Source of the DNA: an uncultured Methanosarcinales archaeon
GTDB lineage: Archaea; Nanobdellota; Nanobdellia; Woesearchaeales; GW2011-AR4
Length of the DNA: 29,988 nucleotides
Assembly: GCA_964559395.1 (NCBI GenBank)
Contig: CAZLGX010000001.1
Coordinates: 1-29,988, forward strand
Direction of reading: 5' to 3'
Positions 1 to 6,545 of the stretch are shown in pieces (the first letter of the stretch is position 1; the number at the start of each line of letters is the position of its first letter). The position numbers and the translations under genes are program-made. The notes below the pieces were generated by a model. That model had not been told where the DNA came from. It saw only the letters and a list, made by a program, of their open reading frames with translations, and did not search any database.

Positions 1-407
1 AAAATAATGCTTTCCTTCTGCGGCTTGAGTAACTTTGGCGGAAAATCTGTGCCTCTCTTCAATATGTTTGTTTTGATCTTCTTTGCACCAAACGCGCCTA
101 CCAAATACCTTATGGCTTTCTCTGTGTCAAAATTCCTGCAAGAGAAGATGTCCATGAACACGTAATCCTGGTCTGGGAAAGTGTGTATACTGATGTGGCT
201 CTCCGCAATCATAACGACCCCAGAAACCCCCTCTGTGCCGTCAGAGAACTTGTCCAGCCACTTACATACATAAGGCAAAGTCATCTTCGTCATGCCTATC
301 ATACCCGGCAGACGATTCAAGACGTCATATACAAGTGAGTATGATGCCAGTTTGCGCTTGTCGCAACCAGATGCATCAATGGTAACATGCAAACCGAATT
401 CGCTCAT
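1..407 (-). CDS. speD: S-adenosylmethionine decarboxylase proenzyme (3' end runs off the window)
   Basis: Manual translation from ATG 407: MSEFGLHVTIDASGC...GVSGVVMIAESHISIHTFP...VFMDIFSC. ESH is the self-cleavage/pyruvoyl site. Not in the ORF track because there is no stop inside the window. Confidence 0.92.
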   Translation of the reverse strand, partial: MSEFGLHVTIDASGCDKRKLASYSLVYDVLNRLPGMIGMTKMTLPYVCKWLDKFSDGTEGVSGVVMIAESHISIHTFPDQDYVFMDIFSCRNFDTEKAIRYLVGAFGAKKIKTNILKRGTDFPPKLLKPQKESII

Positions 408-469
408 TTTTGTTTTTCTCGTGATGAATTTCAATTCTTAAAATATTATAAAACTAGTATTTAAATCTT

Positions 470-570
470 TTTATTTTTGCAATTTCTCGACGATAATTTT
501 TGTAAAAAATTTTGTATTTTTTCCGTTTCTTCCGGCGAATATTTTTTGTTTATGATTTCTCGACGACAAA
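470..570. repeat. Intergenic dispersed-repeat copies (ATTTCTCGACGA motif x2)
   Basis: 481-500 AATTTCTCGACGATAATTTT is 19/20 identical to 3042-3061; a second ATTTCTCGACGA lies at 555-566. Confidence 0.55.
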
Positions 571-667
571 AAAATTCCTATTGCGTGTAAAAAATTTACT
601 GAAAAGCGCCATTTGTAAAATTTTTTTATTTTTGAACTCAAAAAATTACTTTTGCCGCTTAAATTTT

Positions 668-823
668 CTAGTGCTTGGTTCTCTTTGAACGCTTCTCTTT
701 CAATTTTTTCTGTTTCTTCCAGAGCTGGTAGATATTCATCTCGCAAAAATAGCAGTAAATCTCTGCTTCAGTCAATTCCCTGCCGCAATTGGGGCATTTT
801 GGGCTTGGATGTGTCATTTTCAT
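668..823 (-). CDS. Small zinc-ribbon protein (49-51 aa), missed by the ORF track
   Basis: MKMTHPSPKCPNCGRELTEAEIYCYFCEMNIYQLWKKQKKLKEKRSKRTKH*. Two CxxC pairs and a basic tail; TGATG overlap with the upstream gene; AGGTGA SD before the alternative ATG at 817. Confidence 0.8.
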   Translation of the reverse strand: MKMTHPSPKCPNCGRELTEAEIYCYFCEMNIYQLWKKQKKLKEKRSKRTKH

Positions 824-1443
824 CACCTGACAAAATTCTGTCCAAATACAAAAATAAAAGCTATTCCGGCAATAGCAGCATAAGCAAACTTATTCCATCT
901 CAATATTTTATGACCGTCAAACTGCCAAAATGGCAGCATATTGAACAAGGCAAGCCAGGAGTTTATAATAAAGCCGTAAGACGCTATTGCTTTAAATAAT
1001 TTTGGCAATCCGAGAAAAATCAAGGCCAAGAATATTAGAGCCAGTGCCAAATTTACCATAGGGCCTGCCGCTGATATAATCCCGTTTTTTCTTTTATTGA
1101 CTTTGCCTTCTATCATCACAGCCCCAGGAGCGGCAAAAACAAATGGAGTGAAAAGCGCCATTATGATGGCAAGTACAAGCATGCTGTCAAAGGACCTGAA
1201 CTCTGCAAAACAGCCATATCGCTGCGCTACAATCTTATGCCCTACTTCATGGAGAAGAAATCCTGTGCCTACTGTAAGCGCAGACAAGATAAATTTGAAA
1301 TAAAAATCCAGTGATAATATTGAATCACTTAAAATCAATGCAAAAGCCAATGAAATTGCAAGCCATGCCTTAATCAAATCCTTTATCTCGGTTTCAGAGG
1401 TGCTTATATTGCCAATCTTTAATTGCTTGTTGTTGAGATTCAT
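823..1443 (-). CDS. Site-2 protease (M50-like) membrane zinc metalloprotease
   Basis: HEVGH, AAGP and NMLPFWQFDG (NxxPxxxxDG) motifs, several TM helices. Confidence 0.88.
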   Translation of the reverse strand: MNLNNKQLKIGNISTSETEIKDLIKAWLAISLAFALILSDSILSLDFYFKFILSALTVGTGFLLHEVGHKIVAQRYGCFAEFRSFDSMLVLAIIMALFTPFVFAAPGAVMIEGKVNKRKNGIISAAGPMVNLALALIFLALIFLGLPKLFKAIASYGFIINSWLALFNMLPFWQFDGHKILRWNKFAYAAIAGIAFIFVFGQNFVR

Positions 1444-1451
1444 ATTAGAAA

Positions 1452-2030
1452 TTAAACATCAACAAAGAGTTTGTGCTTTTCATTGCCTTCCAGCTCAACC
1501 ATGATTCTCTTGATTATTGATTTTTCCGGGTCAGGCATTAGCTTTACCCTATTCTTCAAATCAGTAAAGTTCTCGAATGGTTTTTCGTCCCTTACTTCTA
1601 TAATCTGCCACATGTGCTTTTTGCCTAGCCCAGGCAATAGCTCAATCTGATGCATTCTTGTGCTTAGCGGCTGCGCTTTGTTGAAAAAGTCAACAAATTT
1701 ATTCTCATTTTTCTTTATGATGCTTTTTATGGTAAACTCAAGCTGTGATTTTGCGGTTGCTGTAAGCTTTGCAGTCTCTATCTTGCCGACTATATGGTGT
1801 ATCTTATCCCTTTTGCCATCTCCTATGTATACTTCCTCAAACGGCTGCAAGTGAACCCCCTTCTTTGGCACCAGCTCAAGCAGCACAAAATGTTCTTTGC
1901 CTATTGCTTGCGCTACAGGGTTCTTCATGTACATCGGCCTATCATCATAAGGATAGCCGTTTGGCAAAAAGTCTAGCACAATTGCTGCTTCTTCCTTTAA
2001 GCGCTCTGGTTTTTCGTGCTCCATTTTCAT
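1452..2030 (-). CDS. DUF655 family putative nucleic-acid-binding protein (HhH)
   Basis: VLDFLPNGYP, LLELVPK, IELLPGLGKKHMWQII; lies near rpl21e-rpoF as usual in archaea. Start may be 2024. Confidence 0.88.
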   Translation of the reverse strand: MKMEHEKPERLKEEAAIVLDFLPNGYPYDDRPMYMKNPVAQAIGKEHFVLLELVPKKGVHLQPFEEVYIGDGKRDKIHHIVGKIETAKLTATAKSQLEFTIKSIIKKNENKFVDFFNKAQPLSTRMHQIELLPGLGKKHMWQIIEVRDEKPFENFTDLKNRVKLMPDPEKSIIKRIMVELEGNEKHKLFVDV

Positions 2031-2923
2031 ACCCTCATGACAGTGGTTAGGTTGTGTAGCTCCTTTTTGAAGCGGTTATCAATAGCAAATTTTTCCATTG
2101 CAAGCGCTTTCTTTTCCATTATTATTATAAGATTTGTCCTCTCTTTTATCAAGTGCGATATCTTCTTTCTTATTCTCGATCTTATCAGTTTATTTTTCTT
2201 GAGGTGGCTGAAAACTCTTTTTTCTTTTTTGTAGACATGCTCTAAATAGCCTAACAGGGCAACAATCCGTGAAGCCCAATGGCTAAAAAAGGGCTCTGTA
2301 AGCGTGCGCTTGCTTACTGAATTTTCAGGCGGAATTTTTGCTTCAAGATGATGTAGTAGCTCTGATTCCTTTGCCAGTATGTACCTAACAATGTCAAGCT
2401 CTCCTTTCTCTTTTTCAGCCACTATCTTTTCTTTTTTTGAATAACCACTAAGCAATTTCTTGTCAAGCACAACAACCTTTCCTATAAGCTGATAAGCAGC
2501 ATACTCCAATGCGTCCAGCTCGTCTCTTGCAAGGGGTTTCCTCTCAAGTTTTGGGCTCATTGCTGGAGCTCTTATGCCGGCAATCTTGAGCTCTTCTAAA
2601 AATATCGTTTCTAGATAATAATTGATGCTCCTCAGTTTGTCTACTATTTTCCTTATATTGTGCAATCTTTTTTTAAGCGGCTCAAGAGATCGCTTTATAA
2701 ATTTTGATTTATTGATCGAAAATGCCACAATGATTGACTCGTGCAGTTTCTTAAGCAAAATATTTTTTTTCTTTTCGGCCGAAAGGTCTTGTTTAAACAA
2801 AATATGGTCAATGTTTTCAATCTTTGAATAGGCATTGTAGTTAAAATTTTCAGCAAGCTCGTTCAGTTCCTTGGCAAGTTTTTTATTTATGTCTAGATGC
2901 CCTTTGCTAATTACCACCCTCAT
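2027..2923 (-). CDS. Hypothetical basic, helical/coiled-coil protein (~298 aa)
   Basis: Long ORF. Start moved to ATG 2923 (MRVVISK) because the 2924-3016 extension runs through a promoter-like AT tract and a repeat element. Confidence 0.7.
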   Translation of the reverse strand: MRVVISKGHLDINKKLAKELNELAENFNYNAYSKIENIDHILFKQDLSAEKKKNILLKKLHESIIVAFSINKSKFIKRSLEPLKKRLHNIRKIVDKLRSINYYLETIFLEELKIAGIRAPAMSPKLERKPLARDELDALEYAAYQLIGKVVVLDKKLLSGYSKKEKIVAEKEKGELDIVRYILAKESELLHHLEAKIPPENSVSKRTLTEPFFSHWASRIVALLGYLEHVYKKEKRVFSHLKKNKLIRSRIRKKISHLIKERTNLIIIMEKKALAMEKFAIDNRFKKELHNLTTVMRV

Positions 2924-2992
2924 TTTTATTATATGTAAATCAAGATGTTTATAAAGATTGCGTGTCTGTAAAGTAAAATTGTAAAGTATACG

Positions 2993-3180
2993 TCCAACAA
3001 CAATAATGGCAGGCAAACACGGATTTTTTCACTTCGTTCAAAATTTCTCGATGATAATTTTCAAAACCATCAAAGGTTTGTCAAAAACCAAAAAAATTAA
3101 TAATAAATTGTATTGGTTTTTGAGCATGCTCGGAAATCGTAAGTATTTGAAATTTATTTTTGCGATTTCCGACATGTGAA
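2993..3180. repeat. Palindromic intergenic element, related to 4521-4819 and 481-500
   Basis: ACAATAATGGCAGGCAAACACGGATTT (3000-3026) vs ACAATAATGGCGGCAAACACGGACTTT (4521-4547). Perfect 10-bp inverted repeats at 3082-3091/3113-3122 and 3130-3139/3163-3172. Confidence 0.7.
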
Positions 3181-3188
3181 AACAAAAA

Positions 3189-3539
3189 TTATTTTTTTTC
3201 CAAGAATTCATTAACTGCATCTACTATCTTTTTCAGAGACTCATTATTTACGGTTATTGTGTATCCCTGCAACACTGTTTTCAGCTCATTTACAGTTGTC
3301 GGCATTATATCTATGATTTTATGAACATACTGTTCCCTCAGCCTAGGAATATTCAGCTTCATAATCTTGTCAAAAAGCTCTTCTGTATTTTTAACATCAG
3401 AGGCAATCTGGTGCAGATACTCTTCTGTCTTATTTGCCCTGAAATTGAGTTCATTGTCTCTTTTCCTGATTCTTTCAATTTCTTTTTTGAGCTGGGATAT
3501 ATTTACCGGAGTTTCCGATACTATTTGAGTGTCAGCCAT
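3189..3539 (-). CDS. rpoF: DNA-directed RNA polymerase subunit F (Rpo4)
   Basis: ELNFRANKTEEYL, KIIDIMPTTVNELKTVL; directly downstream of rpl21e. Confidence 0.9.
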   Translation of the reverse strand: MADTQIVSETPVNISQLKKEIERIRKRDNELNFRANKTEEYLHQIASDVKNTEELFDKIMKLNIPRLREQYVHKIIDIMPTTVNELKTVLQGYTITVNNESLKKIVDAVNEFLEKK

Positions 3540-3540
3540 T

Positions 3541-3831
3541 TTAGACCATTTTCAGATGTACGGGATGCACTATAATCATTTTTTCCTTGCCGCCATCATT
3601 AATTGTAACTTCATAGCAATTGCCTCTCTTGCTTTTTATGACTCCTGATTTGCCCATAAAACGCGGGTGATACATTCCTTTCTGCACAGCAGGCTCCGCA
3701 CAAAGAGAAACTCTGTCGCCTGCATTAAAAGACTGGAAGTAATTGGATAAGCTGATTTTGCCCCTGTTCCGCTTCTGTTTCCTGAGCTTATACCTTGTTT
3801 TGCGTCTGAATCCGCCTTTTCTTGTTACCAT
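3541..3831 (-). CDS. rpl21e: 50S ribosomal protein eL21
   Basis: GFRRKTRYKLRK, GDRV...VQKGMYHPRFMGKSG, IIVHPVHL. Confidence 0.97.
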   Translation of the reverse strand: MVTRKGGFRRKTRYKLRKQKRNRGKISLSNYFQSFNAGDRVSLCAEPAVQKGMYHPRFMGKSGVIKSKRGNCYEVTINDGGKEKMIIVHPVHLKMV

Positions 3832-3918
3832 TTCCTTTATTTTGAAACTTAGGCTATTATAAAAAGGTTTCTGCCAAATATTTATGTAAGAAAATAACTT
3901 TCACTACTCCCCAGAATA

Positions 3919-3932
3919 GAAAGATTTATATA
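3919..3932 (+). promoter_or_regulatory. Probable BRE-TATA promoter of sepF
   Basis: GAAAGA followed by TTTATATA (3925-3932), ~55 nt upstream of the ATG. Similar motifs precede many genes here (e.g. 5768-5775, 19859-19866 on minus). Confidence 0.6.
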
Positions 3933-3988
3933 GGTGGGGAATTATAGAAAAATGCGATTTTAAAATATTAAAATAAAAGGTGATTTTG

Positions 3989-4420
3989 ATGGGATTTTTT
4001 GACAAGCTTAAGGAAAAATTAGGCACTCAAGGCTCTGATTTTGAAGAAACTGGGCAGGGATATGTAGAGCTAGGAAGTGAGGGTGGCGCAGTTGAATCAA
4101 GGTCTAAGCTGATGGTGAGGCCTTTTGTGATTGAAGAGTTTGAGCACATAAAGCCTATTCTAGATACATTAAGGGAAGGGCACACTATTGCCCTGATTAA
4201 CATAAAGCCACTGAAAGACAAGGACTTGGTTGAGCTGAAAAGAGCAATCAACAAGCTAAAGAAGACATGCGATGCGCTTGAAGGCGACATTGCAGGCTTT
4301 GGCGAGAATTGGATTGCAGCAGTGCCAAACTTTGCCTATATATATAGGGGTCCAAAGCCAGCCAAGGAAGAGGGCAAGAAAGCTGCAGCTGGAATGGAAG
4401 TTGCTGAGTATGAGGAATAA
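3989..4420 (+). CDS. sepF: Cell division protein SepF (archaeal, DUF552-like)
   Basis: LDTLREGHTIALINIKPLKDKDLVELKRAINKLKKTCDALEGDIAGFGENWIAAVP; AGGTGA SD before ATG 3989. Confidence 0.88.
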   Translation: MGFFDKLKEKLGTQGSDFEETGQGYVELGSEGGAVESRSKLMVRPFVIEEFEHIKPILDTLREGHTIALINIKPLKDKDLVELKRAINKLKKTCDALEGDIAGFGENWIAAVPNFAYIYRGPKPAKEEGKKAAAGMEVAEYEE

Positions 4421-4520
4421 TTTTATTTAGAATTTTAATTTATATTGTCACTATTTCTTAACTACAACAAAATAATTTAAATGGGCAATTATAAACCATA
4501 CTTCTTAAGTTTAGTACAAT

Positions 4521-4819
4521 ACAATAATGGCGGCAAACACGGACTTTCTTGGTGAAAGTCCTACTCACAAAGGAAAAATCCGAACTGCGTAGCGGATTTT
4601 TCCTCTGCATTCGATTTGCCGCCATACGATTAAAAATTCCAGTGACATGTGAGCGAGTGAGACGAGTTCACTCGCATTCGACTGGGTGAAAATCGAGTGC
4701 AGAACTTTTTTCCCTACGAAGTTGGGAAAAAAGTTTTGCGAGTAGGGTTTTCGAACATAGTGAGAAAACCCGTGAAAGAGAAATTCTAAGGGATATTCGA
4801 ACCCTGCGTTGTTGTTGGA
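4521..4819. repeat. Cluster of six or more hairpins (REP/MITE-like or structured RNA)
   Basis: 11-bp IR 4527-4537/4615-4625 enclosing stems 4541-4561 and 4571-4604 (12 bp perfect). Further stems at 4653-4675, 4674-4700, 4699-4739 (16 bp, one G-T) and 4745-4771. Confidence 0.8.
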
Positions 4820-4907
4820 ATTTTTGTATTTAGCGAATAATAAACCTTTAGAATATCAATAGTTTTATATACAAATAAAATAATTTTTATTAAAAAAGAG
4901 GTTGACT

Positions 4908-5714
4908 ATGAAATTTGATATTCCTAGAAAAGAGCATCCTAACCTTGAAAGGTACTACAAGGAGGACGTTGATACAGCTTACAGGTTTGCGAATGAAGTC
5001 TATAGGGAACTGGGCGGCTTGATAAGAGCTGTTGTTTTGTTTGGATCAGCTGCAAGAAAAACAAAAAGTCCCGGAGGTGATATTGACATTCTTGTGGTTA
5101 TTGACGACTTAGTCATGAGCATGTCTCCTGAGGTTGTTGAAGCATACAGGCTGATAGTGCAAAAAGCAATTGTAAAAGTCTCTACAAAACTTCATATAAC
5201 TACAATGCGATTTACTTCATTTTGGGAATACATGAGAAACGGAGATCCAATTGCAATAAATCTTTTGAGAGACGGCGTTGCATTGATTGATTCGGGGTTT
5301 TTTGACCCGATGCAGGCCTTGCTGAAAAGGGGAAGAGTCAGGCCAACACAAGAAAGCATTTGGACATATTACACTAGAGCTCCAAACACTTTGCATAACT
5401 CAAAATGGCATATATTACAAGGTGTTATTGATTTGTATTGGGCAGTAATTGACGCTGCGCATGCCGCTTTGATGAAAGTTGGTGAGATTCCTCCAACTCC
5501 AGAGCATGTTGCTGACTTGATGGAGCAGAAACTTGTGAAGAAAGGATTGCTGGAGCACAAGTATGTAACCACAATGAGGAACTTCTACAGGCTGATGAAG
5601 ATGGTAACCCATCGGGAGGTTGTTGAGATCAAAGGGGAGGAATTCGACCATTATTTCAAGACTGCAGAGGATTTCGTGCACAGAATGAAAAGGATTATTG
5701 AGCATGGAAAATGA
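4908..5714 (+). CDS. Fused nucleotidyltransferase (MNT) - HEPN domain protein
   Basis: VLFGSAAR...GDIDILVVIDD (pol-beta NTase). C-terminal LYWAVIDAAHAALM...RLMKMVTH (Rx6H, HEPN-like). GAGGT SD before ATG 4908. Confidence 0.82.
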   Translation: MKFDIPRKEHPNLERYYKEDVDTAYRFANEVYRELGGLIRAVVLFGSAARKTKSPGGDIDILVVIDDLVMSMSPEVVEAYRLIVQKAIVKVSTKLHITTMRFTSFWEYMRNGDPIAINLLRDGVALIDSGFFDPMQALLKRGRVRPTQESIWTYYTRAPNTLHNSKWHILQGVIDLYWAVIDAAHAALMKVGEIPPTPEHVADLMEQKLVKKGLLEHKYVTTMRNFYRLMKMVTHREVVEIKGEEFDHYFKTAEDFVHRMKRIIEHGK

Positions 5715-5818
5715 GGATATATAGTCAGACGAATTTCTAAGATTGAATAATTCGGTAAACCGCAACCTTTAAATATAACCTTTCCTACTGTAGTAAATTC
5801 CTACAAAAGGTGAATAAT

Positions 5819-6097
5819 ATGAAAACTATAACTGTAAGAATGGGAGAGAAAGGCCAGATAACAGTCCCTATTGACGTAAGGCAAAGAGAGAAGCTTGAAA
5901 AAGGCACTCAAATTGAGATTATAGACTTGGGGGAAGGCTCCCTGCTAATTAACAAAATAGACAGAAAAAGAGAGTTGCTGATAGCACTTAGAATTTTAGG
6001 TCAAAGGCTGAAGGAGAAAGGTTTCGACAAAAATAAAATAATCAAGTTCTGCAAAGAGGTAAGAAGAGATGTCTACAATACCGAGATGTCTCATTGA
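5819..6097 (+). CDS. AbrB/MazE/SpoVT-family antitoxin
   Basis: TVRMGEKGQITVPIDVRQREKLEKGTQIEI; AAGGTG SD; overlaps the PIN gene. Confidence 0.88.
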   Translation: MKTITVRMGEKGQITVPIDVRQREKLEKGTQIEIIDLGEGSLLINKIDRKRELLIALRILGQRLKEKGFDKNKIIKFCKEVRRDVYNTEMSH

Positions 6098-6512
6098 TAC
6101 AAATGTCTTTCTTTTGGGTGCCTTAGACCTAAGGGATGATAAATCTTCAGACGAAGCTGAAATAGTTATTCTATTAATTGAGCGCAAAATTAGGCCCGTA
6201 TTATCTCTGAGGCTGCTAAGTGAATATCACGAAGCTGCTAAAAGGGTTGTTGGAAAGGACTTTGCTGGTTGGCTTAGGCATCTGATTTTGGACATTTCAA
6301 AGCCTGTTTTTGTATCTGATGAATTATGCACTGAAATGGAATCTAAATTTTCTGGGCTGATACCTAAAGAAGACTTAAGGCACTTTGTCAGTTGCATCAT
6401 AGCGGATGCTGACTATTTGATTTCAAACAATAGGGAATTTTTGAAAAAATCTAAGAATAATTATTTTGAATGCCTGACGCCGAAGGAATTTTTGAGAAAG
6501 ATGAAATTATAG
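6069..6512 (+). CDS. PIN-domain (VapC-like) toxin
   Basis: CLIDTNVFL, EDLRHFVSCIIADADYLISNNREFL. Confidence 0.88.
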   Translation: MSTIPRCLIDTNVFLLGALDLRDDKSSDEAEIVILLIERKIRPVLSLRLLSEYHEAAKRVVGKDFAGWLRHLILDISKPVFVSDELCTEMESKFSGLIPKEDLRHFVSCIIADADYLISNNREFLKKSKNNYFECLTPKEFLRKMKL

Positions 6513-6545
6513 AAGTGAAGAAGATAAGAGAGCATGGGTGATAAA

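Noticed and set aside
471-746. 91-aa ORF on the minus strand
   Set aside because: It overlaps the better-supported zinc-ribbon gene in another frame and runs through AT-rich repeat DNA.
652-999. 115-aa ORF on the plus strand
   Set aside because: Antisense shadow of the M50 and zinc-ribbon genes.
2924-3220. N-terminal extension of ORF 2027-3016 and ORF 3038-3220
   Set aside because: Both lie within the palindromic repeat or promoter DNA and have no SD or protein-like features.
4541-4561. GAAAGTCC resembling RNase P RNA CR-I (GAGGAAAGUCC)
   Set aside because: It is one arm of a perfect local palindrome, the GAGG prefix is missing, and I found no CR-V/P4 partner. Only cmscan could fully exclude a very divergent RNase P RNA.
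4789-4805. GGTTCGAA (minus strand) resembling a tRNA T-loop
   Set aside because: The loop is too long, and no acceptor, D or anticodon arms can be built.
5776-5810. TTCCTAC direct repeats as an AbrB operator
   Set aside because: Only 7 bp x2; plausible but not distinguishable from chance.
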